Positions 26,421 to 41,842 of a DNA stretch of 64,000 nt are shown piece after piece; within the stretch, counting starts at the first letter, position 1; every line of letters starts with the position of its first letter. A model generated the notes under the pieces. The model worked only from the letters and a program-made list of their open reading frames with translations. It was not told the DNA's origin and made no database searches. A program made the position numbers and the translations under genes. Origin of the DNA: the human T2T-CHM13v2.0 reference genome, Homo sapiens; assembly GCF_009914755.1 (NCBI RefSeq), contig NC_060938.1. The stretch is one strand, 5' to 3'.

Positions 26421-26657
26421 AGCCCATTTAGAAGGAAGGCTAGAAAGGTAAAAGTTTCTAAGATTATACCATTTAGATATTTGCTATTTTTTTATTATTT
26501 GTTTTTGTAGTTCATGCAAGAGGGGTGGTTTGTATTAGGGTAGTGGCGGTAGAGAAAAATAGAAGTGACTATGTTTGTTGAGGTATTTAGGAAATGGAAC
26601 CACAGGGACTTGGTGATTGATGCATTTGTGGGGTAAGGAAAAGAATGAAGCCAGTTA

Positions 26658-28365
26658 AAAAAACATTGTATTTTGACATAATTTCAGGATTACAGAAAAG
26701 TTGCAAGAATAAGACAAAGAATTTCTGGACACCCCTCACCAAGATTCAAAATGTCAACATTTTCTACATTTCTCACTCTTTCTCTCTCTTTCTTCTTCTT
26801 ATTATTATACTTTAAGTTTGGGGATACATGTGCAGAACGTGCAGGTTTGTTACATAGGTATACACGTGCCATTGTGGTTTGCCGCACCCATCAACTCGTC
26901 ATCGACTTTAGGTATTTCTCCTAATGCTATCCCTCCCCTAGCCCCCCACCCCCCAGCAGGCCCTGGTGTATGATGTTCTCCTCCCTGTGTCCATGTGTTC
27001 TCATTGTTCAACTCCCATTTATGAGTGGGAACATGCAGTGTTTAGTTTTCTGTTCCTGTGTTAGATTGCTGAGAATGATGGTTTCCAGCTTCATCCATGT
27101 CCCTGCAAAGGAAATGAACTCATTCTTTTTTATGGCTGCATAGTATTCTATGGTGTATATGTGCCACATTTTCTTTATCCAGCATTTATGTGGCCAACAA
27201 ACATATGAAAAAAAGCTCATCATCACTGGTCATTAGAGAAATGCAAATCAAAACCACAATGAGATACCATCTCACGCCAGTTAGAATGACAATCATTAAA
27301 AAGTCAGGATATGCTGCAGAGGATATGGAGAAATAGGAACGCTTTTACACTGTTGGCAGGAGTGTAAATTAGTTCAACCACTGTGGAAGACAGTGTGATG
27401 ATTCCTCAAGGATCTAGAACCAGGAATGCCATTTGACCCAGCAATCTCATTACTGGGTATATACCCAAAGGATTAGAAATCGTTCTCTTTCTTTTTTTCT
27501 TTCTTTTCTCTCTCTCTTCCATTTAAAAGTAATTTGCAGGTATATTGCCTTTCTACAACTAAATTCTTCAGTGTGTTTTTCCAAAAGCAAGAAATTCTCT
27601 TTTAAACCTTGACCACTATTAAAATCCAAAGTTAATAATGCTATGTGCTATTATTTAATCTACAGAATTTTTTCATATTTTTCCAATTTTTCTAATAATG
27701 TCCCTTATAGCAATAGAAAATTCGAGATCATGCATAGCACTTTGTTGTCTTTCTTTCTTTAGTTTCCTTTAATCTGGAGCAGTTTCTGAGTCTTTCTATG
27801 TATTTCATGGCTTTGACAGTTTTTAAGAGGACAGGCAGTTGTTTTGTAGATGGTCCTCAGTTTGGGTTTGTCTGATGTTCCACATGATCACATGCAGATT
27901 ATGGACTTTTGGCAGGGATCTCACAGAAGCAATGCTGAGTTTTTGCATCACATCAGGAGGCTCTGCTGTCAACGAGTTTCATTATTGGAAGTGTCACATT
28001 CCATCAACTGGTTAAAATTAAACCTGCTTGGTTTCTCCAGTAAGTTAGTACATTTACCAATTTACCTTTTGTAATCAATTAAGTATCTTGTGGGGAGATA
28101 CTCCTTAAATGTTCTCCTACTAGTTGCAATCGTCTTGCCTAAAAGAATTATTATTAGGATGACTGACAAATTATTTTCTGATTTTGTCATTCTTTCTACA
28201 TTTATTATTATCTGACTTTCTTCTGTAAAGAAAAGCCTTCCCTTCTCTCCTACTTACTGTTTATACATTCATTTATTTATATCAGTGTGGACTTTGGAAT
28301 TCTTACTTTATTCAATAGGTTATAATGCTATTATTTATTTTGATGCTCAAATTGTCCCGTGTTTG
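26658..28365 (-). mobile_element. L1MC-like 3' end, split by an L1PA and itself inside an L2 remnant
   Basis: ATAATTTCAG.TTACAGAAAAGTTGCAAGAAT...; TTTTGTAGATGGTCCTCAGTTTGGGTTTGTCTGATG; ends GATGCTCAAATTGTCCC; L2 text on both sides (26510-26650, 28390-28460). Confidence 0.75.
26791..27486 (-). mobile_element. L1PA7-like insertion with 5' inversion
   Basis: Antisense 3' end 26791-27183, then a sense-oriented ORF2 segment 27184-27486. Confidence 0.9.
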
Positions 28366-28669
28366 AGGAAGTAGTTGATTTTAATTTTCAGGTGTTTGGC
28401 TTAGACAACTGATTGAGTGAGCCTGCTTTTAACTGAAATAAGAAACCAAGGAGGAGGAGAAATATGTTTCCACTTGTTGCTTTACTTTGCATCCTTTGAC
28501 TACTTGTAAACTTTAATTCACATGTATTTATCTCCTTTTGTGAATCATTTATTCATATCCTGTGTCCATTTCCCTATTTGTTTTCAGAATCTTTTATTGT
28601 TTAAGGATATCAGTTTTTCTCTGACGTGAACATTACAAATTGCTTATTGAGAGGATACAATGAACTAGA

Positions 28670-28850
28670 AGTTTTACCAACAATCTTATTTAACCCTCAC
28701 AACAATCCTCTGACATAGTACTATTATTATTTTCATTTTATAGATGAGAAGGCAAGAGGTCTTAGAAATATTGCTCCAAATCATGGGCTAGCAACCACTG
28801 AAAGCCAGGATTTAAACCCATATCTGTGATACCAAAACTTTGATTCTTCA
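28670..28850 (-). mobile_element. MIR
   Basis: CTTATTTAACCCTCACAACAATCCT...CATTTTATAGATGAG...AGCCAGGATTTAAACCCA. Confidence 0.8.
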
Positions 28851-29311
28851 TCTATAATTTTGCATGCTGCAGGCATGCAAAACTTTTTTAATGTTTTAAG
28901 AATGCTGGGAAATTGAATGTCATCCCCACAGCCCTTTTAAAGTTGTAGCCACAAAACCAGTTATTGTAATTACATCTTAAATGCAGATTTATTGTATCTA
29001 GCATGTCAGTACAAGTTGTATCATCATACTTATGCCATAGCAGCATTCCACATTCGTACTTGACAGTTCATTTGGGACTCAGCAAAATAAATATGTGAAG
29101 TAAGTGGGTGCTCACATTAAGGCTTGTTGAGAATGATGTGACATCTAGGAGACACCTGGTAAGGTTCATACACTTTGTGAAGATGACATGGTAGGGAAAT
29201 GAAGACCACTGACTGAGAGCACAGCAACCCTGGGAGGCCTCCAAACTTAACTCCAGGAAGCACCTCAGCCTTTTATCTGGGAAACAGAAAGTTCAATAAA
29301 AATGGTCTTTG

Positions 29312-29603
29312 GGCAGGACGTGGTGGCTCACACCTGTAATCCCAGCACTTTGGGAGGCCAAGGCAGGTTTATTTCTTGAGCCCAGGAGCTCCAGACCAGC
29401 CTGGGAAATATGGTGAAACTCCTTCTCTACAAAAAATACAAAAATTAGGCGTGATGTTGTGCACCTGTAATCCCAGCTACTCGGGGGGCTGAGGCGGGAG
29501 GATCGCTTGATCCTCCCAGGGTGGTCGGGGTGAGCTGTGATCACGCCACTGCACTCCAGCCCGGGTGTCACAGCGAGACCCAGTTTAAAGAAAAAAATAA
29601 AAA
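29312..29603 (+). mobile_element. AluJ, full length
   Basis: J diagnostics (CTTGAGCCCAGGAG, GAGGATCGCTTG, GTGAGCTGTGATC) and an A tail. Confidence 0.92.
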
Positions 29604-29967
29604 GTCTCTGAGGCCCTTTCTGTCCCTGACTTTCTGGAATTCTCCCATTCTTCTATAATAGGCACTTCTTGGTTTCCCTCATTTTTGCTTACTTTATTTT
29701 TCTTTCTCTTTCTCCTTGACGTGTCCTCTCTCCTTAACTTCTTTTTTCTCCTCTGATGTGCCTTAAATTTGCCAGGGGCTCCCTTTGGAAAAACCCTGCC
29801 TGGCCCTATTATCCCCCTGATCAAAATGGTCACACGTTGGTGGCCTGGGGGCTGCCCTCCTTGACTCATAATGCCGGGACCCCTGATTTACACAGCAGGA
29901 GAGGGAGTGATCTGCGAACTCCTGAATTGCCGCCTTTCAGTTCCTGCGGCTGCTCTGACTGTCTGCA

Positions 29968-29986
29968 TTGCGCCCTCTAGTGTCCA
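29968..29986 (-). promoter_or_regulatory. CTCF core motif (reverse orientation)
   Basis: Reverse complement TGGACACTAGAGGGCGCAA closely fits the CTCF consensus TGGCCACCAGGGGGCGCTA; unique, CpG-retaining context. Confidence 0.75.
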
Positions 29987-30359
29987 GACTGAGTTCTTTT
30001 ACTGTCTAGACTGGGGAGTCCAGAGCAGATTCTTTTACCCGCCACGTGAGGGAGCAATTCAGGGAAAGTAAAACTATTAGTAAAAGACATTATTTTATTT
30101 TCAAATAATCGTAATTTTACCGAGTTCCTAGAAAAATGCACATTCTTAAAATTTATATTGTAAAACTTGTTGAATAGACGATCAATTAGAATATGGGAAG
30201 AAAGGTTTGGTTTCTAAAATATTAATAAGCATATTTGACATAGCAACCCAGGGAAAGCATCTAGTCACTTATTCCTTGTGTTCATACAGTCCTGTCCTTT
30301 ACAGATCCCCAAGAGTGTGCATGTGTTTGATCTAAGTTTAGCCCCGAAATAGCTGGAAG

Positions 30360-31275
30360 GAGCTATCTCTAGCCCTGACATTTCCATGAAGCTCCAGATG
30401 GCCCGCTCAACTCTCCACATGTACCGACAGACAAAACAAATGCAATTGTGTGCAAAGCAGAACTCTAGATTCCTCCTCTCCCGACCCTGCTCCACCCCAT
30501 TCCCCCTTGGCACCGCCAGCCACTTATTACCATAGGCCCAAAGCCTAGGAGTCATTCTTGACCTTTCTCTTTCCCGCACCTTGCAGCCAGTTCACTGGTC
30601 ATTCCTGTTAGCTCCACTTTCAAAATATATTCCAAATATAACCACTTCTTGGCACGGACACCGCTACCATCTTAGTCCAAGTCCTCATTATCTTTCTTTT
30701 GATGACAGCAGTAACATTCTAAGTGGTCTGCGTCGTTCTCCCCTCCCCTTGCCCTCACTTGCTTCACTTAAACAACCACAGCGATCTTAGAAAAATGTAT
30801 CACATCTGTGTTCAGAACCCTCCAATGACTTCCTGTCTCATTTAGAATTAAACTGCAAAGTCTTTCCCATGGCCTACTCTCTGACCTTGCCCTCCTCCAC
30901 TCTTCCCACCCCTCACTCCTTTCCACCTGCAGGAATGTCCTTTCTGAAATGCTCTATTCCCAGATCTTTATTTTCTCCTTTGCTTTCTTCAGGTCTCTAC
31001 TCGAATGCCAACCCCTCAGAAAAGACTCTCTTAGCCACCCTGTCACGGGTAGCCACCTCCACACTCTCTGGTCCCATATCCTGATGTATTTTTCTTTCAG
31101 CATTTACCCCTGAGAGAAGATTCCCTGTCTCTGTGTGTTCATACTCTGCCCTCCCCTGACTAAGATGTAACTAAGATGTCAGATTCATGGCCAGATCATT
31201 TGTTTTGTTCCTTGCTGAATCCTCAGCTTTAAGCATATAGTGGCCATTCATTGATGGATGAAGGAATAAATAAAT
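30360..31275 (+). mobile_element. L2a 3' portion
   Basis: CCAAAGCCTAGGAGTCATTCTTGAC...CTTTCAAAATATATTCCAAAT...CCCTCCAATGACTTCC...; ends GGATGAAGGAATAAATAAA. Confidence 0.8.
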
Positions 31276-31277
31276 TA

Positions 31278-31357
31278 TTAGTTTGAACCTTGTGAAATTG
31301 TTGACATTCTAAAAATTCTGGGCCACAAAAATAGCAATTCCAATAGTTCATCTTCAT
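31278..31357. mobile_element. MADE2 mariner MITE
   Basis: TTAGTTTGAACCTTGTGAAATTG...CACAAAAATAGCAATTCCAATAGTTCA, a degenerate ~80-bp palindromic element. Confidence 0.65.
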
Positions 31358-32069
31358 AATATAATATCGTTAGCATTTTATACCTAGGAAAACTGAAACT
31401 CAATGAGTCAAGTGACTTCCCCAAGTGAAATAAAGAAAGAATGAGAGGCAGACTGAGAGCACTTCATTTCGTTCATGCAACACTGAATTGTGTTCTGGAC
31501 ACTGCTAGGTGTGGGAGCCACTGAGGAGAAGGGCCTGCCCCATCTCCTAACTCAGCCACTCTGCCTTTGTGGCTAAAGGATCTCTTGCCAGCTCTGACTG
31601 GCGGAATGGGCAGGGCTACGTGTGAACCCAGAGCAGCCACCACCTCTCTGCAGAAGGGCCAGTGTCAGGGCAGTGTGGACTGATCCCCACTGCTTCTGTG
31701 ACCTCTGGCACTCAGGGCTCCTGCCTGGTGGGCCTCGACCCTATTCCTTCTGTCTCAGAGGAAATGTAGAAAAATGTAGAACTGCTTCTGCATAGTGCCA
31801 CTCCTCTGTCTATCCCCAATCTCCTCTTCAACATTGTGAAGCTGGAAATGACGCACATAGGGCACCCTCTTGACTGCTACTCCCCATGCATTTCTGACCC
31901 TCATAAGAGAGGCTGGATGGGAAACCACACTGATCCTCCAATACTTCTATGCTCAATAAGCCATCTGTGAGTTGGAAAGGAATTCAGAAATGGGGAAGGG
32001 GGCAGGTCGACCTATTTTGCTTTCACAGCAAAGGGTGTGTAGCATCAGGGTGACATTCAGGGCTGATTA

Positions 32070-32124
32070 TTAGGTTGGTGCAAAAGTTATTGTGGTTTTT
32101 GCCATTACTTTTGCACCAACCTAA
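32070..32124. mobile_element. MADE1 (Hsmar1 MITE), internally deleted
   Basis: TTAGGTTGGTGCAAAAGT...ACTTTTGCACCAACCTAA terminal inverted repeats. Confidence 0.92.
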
Positions 32125-34231
32125 AAAATGTGTCAAATTTTTCTTCCCCAGACAGCTGGCCCTCTGAGTCACAGTGGGAGCAGTATGTAACAGGAGGGGA
32201 GAAGAAAATGAAAAAGCCACACAACTGTCTCTTTCTTTGAGCCCTTTTCCAAGCTCTCCTTAAATTTTCAGTTTCTCCTCTTGGTCATTCTCCCCAACAA
32301 GTGCTTTGTTTCAGAATTATTAATAACTGGAAAAGTTCTGTTTTTTTTCTCTTTAACTGGCATTTTGCTTATCCTGTGGCTTATTGAGCCCTAGGGAATT
32401 TATGCCCTATAAATAAATGACTATTATTATTATGTAGCTGTATTCAGAGCATTAGTTGAAAGGGAGAAGTGACATTTTTCTTTATTTGCTTTAGAAATGT
32501 GTTGTAGTCACAATAGCTCTCCTCCTGCCTGGGATTAATGGCATAATTATTCACACCGGGCAACAGAGATGGAATGAGTTTGAACTTGGCATGAATTAAT
32601 ACACCAAAATATGCCTCTTGTTCTTGCTCACTGCCTAATTAATTCTGAATTATGAAATTCTCTGTGAGCTACCCAAAAAGCATGGTCACCGGATTCTGGT
32701 GCAATTATTCTTTCTTTGCACTAAAAATCAAGTGATTTGATAGTTATGGGCTGTTTGGAAAGAGAATGTCCATTTGAATATCCTAGGAAGGAAGGAACAG
32801 ACCTCATAAGGGATTTTTCTAGAGGTTTTATAGTAAATAACCTGTGTATGATGGACATGCAAGGGCCCCCAGGGGAGACTGAGCTTTGCATGAACCAGCT
32901 TTACTGCTAGAGAAATAGAGGACTTAGGAGTACTGTGCCTTGATGTCTAGAATTTACACTATAGAAGGCCATGCCTTTGGATTAGGATATTTTGTTCAGA
33001 GGTTCCCAGTTAAATATGAATGAGTTGTCCATGGAGAATAGCACAATCACCTACCAACTCCCAACATAGGGTAAGGAGAACTTGCCACTGCATGACCAAC
33101 TTTACTCACACTTTGCTAGCTTTTGCCAACACCTCTGCCGGGGATGAAGAATCATGTGAATTATTGGAGCTCAAGACATTGAGTATATGAGCAGTTTCTT
33201 ATTGTGGCATAAGAAACACAAACACAGCCCCTGCTCCCTTGCTCTCTCTTTCATCCCATGGGGGTATGAAAGTGAATTCAGGACTGATCACTCTCTTCAG
33301 TTGCCCTTTCTGCAGTTACCTAGAGAGGATAAAATCCCATTAATTGGATTCAGGACTTGGACAAGAAGGTTGAGCTGTAGGGTCTTAGTCAACCATTATT
33401 AGGACTTTGACCTGGAGTTTTGGGGCACTTGTACACCATCAGTACAGGATATTTTAATTCTTATTTGTTTTATTCTTTGTGGGTGCCCCTCCCACAGTCC
33501 TCGGAGAACTGAAGGGGAGAGAATAACTGGCATGACAGTATTTTAATATCTTTCTTTGTGTTTTTGGCAATGATATGATCTAACACTATCAATATAAAAA
33601 TTCTAATGTTAAATATGGTATATTCATTGCTCATCTGAGCATCAATTAGTGCATCCTCTTACCTTGAAATGATGGCTTTCTACTGGATTTCCCCATCCAC
33701 ATGTACACATCCTGTGCTATCTCTCATTTGGAAAACAAAATGAGACAGGAGTCTGTAAACTTCTTCATTCCCTTCAGGTAATTCTTCATGTCTCTGCTTC
33801 CCTTTAATGAAAATTTATAAAAAAAAATGTGTATTTTTGTCTTCATTTTTTCAACTTATATTCTATCCAATTCTTGCCAATCTATGTTTCCCACCAATTA
33901 ATGGAAATCATCTTTGTTAAAGTCATCAATATCCTCCTCCTTGCTAAATTTAGTATCATTTCTGTATCTTTTTCTTTTCCTCAGCAGTGTCTGACACTAT
34001 GGACTATGCTGTCTTTCATAAAGCACGTTTGTTTGTTTGTTTGTTTTTTTACTGGCCTCTCATCTGGTTCTTTCCTGCTTCCTTCTAACATCTTTGTCCA
34101 TGGTTTCTCAGTCTGTTTTCCTGGAGTCTCCTCTTCCCAGGCTCAGTCTGTCTCTTTATCTGTGCTTATTCCCTATGTAATCTCATTGAGTTCTATGGCC
34201 TTAAATACATTACCCATACACAGATGACTCC

Positions 34232-36067
<1,836 letters not shown>

Positions 36068-36770
36068 ACTCCCAGATGTATGTCTTTAGCACTGGCATCT
36101 CTTCCTTTTGAGCACCAAACATATATTTAACTGCCTACCCAACATTGCTATTGAGATGTCCAATAAGCATCTCAGATTTAATATGCCTTAAACAAAACTC
36201 CTGAGTGCTCTGTTCACCCCAACCTGTTATGCCCTGCCTTCCATACCTCAATAAATACCATCAGTATTCTCCCAGGTAATCAGGAGGAAACCTCCAAGTT
36301 TTATTTGATTCGCTTTTCCCTTTCATAGTCAATGCATGAGTAAATTCTGCTGGTTCTACCTTCAATATACATCCCGATTTCTTACCATCGCCAGCACCAT
36401 CATCCTAATAATCTTCTAACTTGTCTCCCTGCTTCTATTCTTGCCTCCCTAGAATAAATTCCTCATACAGAAGACAGAGAGATCTTTGAAGCATGCAAAC
36501 TATATCTTGTTAGTCCCTGCCCCAAACCCTGCAACGTCCTGGTTCCTACACAGACACTGGGTTTCTATTCTACATGGTCAAGTCAATAGTAGGTTCAGAG
36601 TGACAGAAAGATCAGTATTAGAAATTTATACACTTGGGTAAATCAAAAGAAATCTACTTCTCTAAAGGACAGTAAAAGCCCCTGTAGACTACACATCAAA
36701 TGTATCAGCAACATTTTTCTGGACAAGTGGTGATTGTAAGCTTTTGGATCTCGAAATGTTTCATTAGCTA

Positions 36771-37098
36771 TGAGTTCATGTCCTTTGTAGGGACATGGAT
36801 GAAATTGGAAACCATCATTCTCAGCAAACTATTGCAAGGACAAAAAACCAAACACCGCATGTTCTCACTCATAGGTGGGAATTGAACAATGAGAACACAT
36901 GGACACAGGAAGGGGAACATCACACTCTGGGGACTCTTGTGGGGTGGGGGGAGGGGGGAGGGATAGCATTAGGAGATATACCTAATGCTAAATGACGAGT
37001 TAATGGGTGCAGCACACCAGCATGTCACATGTATACATATGTAACTAACCTGCACATTGTGCACATGTACCCTAGAACTTAAAGTGTAAAAAAAAAAA
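36771..37098 (+). mobile_element. L1PA3/PA4-like 3' end, 5'-truncated
   Basis: ATTAGGAGATATACCTAATGCTAAATGACGAGTTAATGGGTGC; TSD GTTTCATTAGCTA (36758-36770 / 37099-37111). Confidence 0.93.
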
Positions 37099-37199
37099 GT
37101 TTCATTAGCTAGCCACAGGTCACAGATAGCAATGTCTGAGTGAGTGAGTGTCACATCAGAACATTTGGAAGCTCAACCATCTCATTTTAGGTTCATTAA

Positions 37200-37757
<558 letters not shown>

Positions 37758-38009
37758 GAGGCTGGAAGAGTTCCGTGTGTCTCTTGGTATGGACTGTGGT
37801 TGGAGCCCAACTCTGCTGAACCAGGTACATTCAGGGTTATCCAACATCTAAGATCACTGGAGAGAACAGCATGCCACCATAGGTTTAGATGCAAATACAG
37901 CCCTCAGTTGACACCCCATCTTCCCCAGGCTGATAAAGCCTGATCCAAGTGATTCCTGAATGCAGTCATGTAGATCTAGGCTCTGTTATCCAGGAGTCCC
38001 TGAGAGTCA

Positions 38010-38585
38010 TGCTAACTGGCCTTCAATGTGGTTCTAGTCCTCTCCTGCAGTTCTCCAGCATACTTCAAATAAAATTCAAAGTCCCGAAAATGTTTTTAAG
38101 GTCCAACATAATCTGGTTACTGCCTAACTTATTTCTTCTGCTGTGGCTACATTGGCTTCTTACTGGTCCTAGAAGATGCCAAGCTCATTTCTGCTTCAGA
38201 AATTGCACATGTATGGTCCCTTGAATGGATGCTCTTCATAAATCCCTCAGATGCCTTCTCTCACCATTTCATTCAGGTCTCTATCCACATGTCACCCCTC
38301 AACAAACACTTTTGGTCACTCAATCCAAAATAGCTCCTGCTCACATTCATATCACTTTATATTGCCTTTTTGTATCCACAATACTGACCACTCATCACTT
38401 GACATAATATGTTTATTTGTTTACTCTTTGTCTTCCCCACTAGGACATAAAATCCACAAGGGCAAGCATTTTGACTGTATTGGTTCCTTATGTATTCCCA
38501 TCAATCGGAACAGCACTTAAAGAATTAAAAATGCTTAATAAATATTTGTAGAATAAATAATAAAATGCACGAGTGAATAAATGAG
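38010..38585 (+). mobile_element. L2a 3' end
   Basis: CATTTCATTCAGGTCTCT...CCACTAGGACATAAAATCCACAAGGGCA...GCTTAATAAATATTTGTAGAATAAAT. Confidence 0.75.
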
Positions 38586-38629
38586 ACAAAAGAGTTTGAA
38601 GAGGAATAAAGAAAATGTCTAGATGATGA

Positions 38630-38760
38630 AAATCCTTCTGACAACACCACACAGAAGTACAGTATTGTTTTATTGATGAGGAAACTGAGGCTTAGTTATT
38701 TTCCCCACAGTTGGTAAGGGGTAGAGTCAAGGCTCATTCCCAAATCAGTCTGATGCCAAT
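38630..38760 (-). mobile_element. MIR core
   Basis: GATGAGGAAACTGAGGCTTAG. Confidence 0.65.
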
Positions 38761-41700
38761 GACATAAAAGCAAACCTTATGTCATGCGTGCATCCAGGGG
38801 GAGCATGAGATGAAACTTGGGTGTGGCAGGAAAATGAAAATGTCTATTTCTGTTCTTTTATAAACTTATGTGATTTTAATTTCTATTTTTATAATATATG
38901 CAATCATATAGTATACCACTAATGCATGTATATTTTATTACTAAATACTCACAGATAGGGAATATATGCTCTAAAAATATTTGGAGGCCACTTATCTGAG
39001 TTGCCATCTGTTTCTAGGAGGTTCTGAGCAGGGTGGGGTTAGTGGGTGTCCATGGTGATAAGGAACAGAGAGGAAGTGGAAATGGAAGGGAATAAAATGT
39101 TGACTTCTTCAGCCTGGGTCTGTGGGTGGGGCAAATATGTAAGTGTGACTGTAAGGGTCAATTTTCTCAGATGTGTGTCTGGTGAGAATCCCCAACTTGC
39201 CACCACCATAGCGAATAGTGGTCTGAATTAGTTTCAGGACAGGACTGGGCACGTAACCAATGGAGGCTAACGTCTCTAAAGACATACTTATCCATCCAAA
39301 CTCAGGAGAGGGCCAGGTTGGGAATTGCTTCCTCATTCCTTTCCTTCCTGCTGTCCTCCATCTTCTCACGTGCATTCGCAACTGTGTGCTCTTGCACACA
39401 CACCCAGCACAGATACACACTTCTGCACTTAGAACTTCTCACCAGCTCAGAGGAAGACCTGGGTTGAAATGGAGACCGTAAGAAAGTGAAGAGGCAGAAG
39501 AAATGATCCATTCTAGATCTCTCATTCTGTAGATTAGGAGACCAAGACTCAGAGAAAGAAAATACAGTAGTTCCTGGCAGAGCTAGGATTAAGTTCTCTC
39601 AGTCTCTTGACTTCCAGCCTCTGCAATCCTCACCCTTCCACGGAAGCCATTTTACCTCATTTATGCCCATTTTCTTACAGTGTAGTTTTATGCAGAAGGC
39701 TGGCCACATTCTCACAATACCAGGTCTTTAGAGCACTGCAACCCAGGAGGCCCTCAATAAGGAGGGTTCACATAGATGAACCTTCCACATGAAGCATGTG
39801 CTTTTCCTTCAGTTTCATATGATGTGATCCTCACTCAGTAAAGCCTGTGAAATATATTCCAGGAAGCACTGAATACTTCTTTCATCTTTATTTATAAACT
39901 TCTATGAGTCCTCCCAGCCCGTCCTCCAACTAGCACATCCTCACTGCCTTACAGAGCAGGAACCCAAGCAAGTACTTGAAGCTTAATTGATCTGGATGTT
40001 TAGAATCAAACTTCATTAGCTGAAATTACTGCAGTTTGCCTAATTTGTTTCTCTATGTGAGCTCTGATAAGGTTGGTTTAACATCTTCTAAACTGTGGTG
40101 TTTATCATCATCAATGCCTACTCAAATTACCCCTGCAGAGTAATGGGCCAGGAGAAAAATGGTTTAAAAGTTATAGCTATTTTTTGTGGACATTTCTACA
40201 CATACCATATACAGTATGTGGTGTCCAAGTCACTACAAAAAAGCACTTATTTCCACAGGGCAACTTCACTTTTTAAAAACAAAACACTGCCAGAAAAATC
40301 TTGTCAATCATCAATATTCAAACATTTTTAGGTGTTAGAAATTCTATACATTTTGAGATTTTTTTTTCTATTTATAGACAGTGATTAAACCCATTGTTTT
40401 GTTATTTTTCCAGTCTGTTAGAGACTTTTGACTAACCTGTGTGTGTGTATGTGTTTGCAAATACATACATTTGTGTTTGTGAACAAAGCATTAATTTAAA
40501 AGAGGTTTGTCTCTAAGAATGACTCTATTGATCTATTCCAAATGCAAATAAACTTTTAGCATGATTGAAAGTCGTATTGAGTCTCCAGGAGGAACAATGG
40601 CTACTTACAGAAGCAACGGTTGCTTGTATAAGGAACAATGGTTGCTTCTATAAGAAGGGGCACTGTGAGGGAAACTTTCTCCTATAAACCCATTTATCTA
40701 TCTTTAATTGCACATGTTATCTTCTCCAATAATTAAAAACAAAAAATGCATTGTCAGTAACAATAATCCCAAATAATCATTTTTCCATACTACTACTACC
40801 TGTTAGTGGTGCTATATATATAGCTTATATTACTATCTACATACAAATACGTCATTTCAGTGTGTTCTGGCAGTAGCCAGGTAGGTGTTTGAGCGTTGTG
40901 TTGACAGTCTAACCATTGGTAATTGCTTTAACATGGAAATTTAATGTGAGGAAGCATGGCCAACATGCAGAATATAGAGACTTATTTTAACATCATCACA
41001 CGTACCTCAGTATTTTGTGTCCTTCTCCTAGGATGAATGAACATTTCATTCATTCATGCTGACAGAAGCTCTGGTTTCAAAAGGGACAAGTCGCCACCAG
41101 ATTTGTAAGAAGTGTGTCTTTTAGATGGTCTAGTTAACCTTTCTATATTGATAAAAACCAGCATTATTTCCACATTTCCTCATACTTCTTAAGTATACCC
41201 ACTTGTGCTAGAAATGGAAAATTCAGAAAATGAAACATGTAATCCAGAGCCCAAACACCATGCCTACAAAAAATAGGGAACTCAGCTAATAAAGCAACAT
41301 TTGTCTTTCTTATTTGTTAAGTTATCTACATGATTGTATCAATTCTTGACTGAAATACCATGCACCCCTGGACTGACTGCCTGGGAGTACAAATGATGTA
41401 GGGAGTAATTGTGGTCACACTGGCATGTGTATTTAGGTTTCACTTAACAGTTCTCACCAGGGGAAATGTGAAGCACCTGGCCCCTTGTCCCTTCTCAATG
41501 TCTCCCCGACATCTGTTATTTTAAGGAGCCCTCCAGGGGTCACTCTTCACTTAAGGCTCACTCTAGAATACCTCTGAACTCCTTCTCACTCCTCTGGCGG
41601 CTTGTGCTTTGCTGTTGTTCACTTGCAAGCCTCTTTCCAGGCGCTTCCTCCAGGTTAACATGACACCACTGGAGCTGCCCACCTGGCCAGGAAATGCCAC

Positions 41701-41842
41701 CTGCCCTGTGTGTGGGCCCTTGCTGCTGCCATCCACTTGCCAATGGAGAGGGAAATACCCACCGTCTTCATTGGGTCTGACCCTCTTACCGGGATCCCAC
41801 AGCCAGGTTTCATGGCCCAGAGCTGCTCCAGTGCTTTGGCTT

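Noticed and set aside
41724-41742. Weaker CTCF-like motif (reverse TGGCAAGTGGATGGCAGCA)
   Set aside because: Mismatches at core positions and no CpG-retaining context
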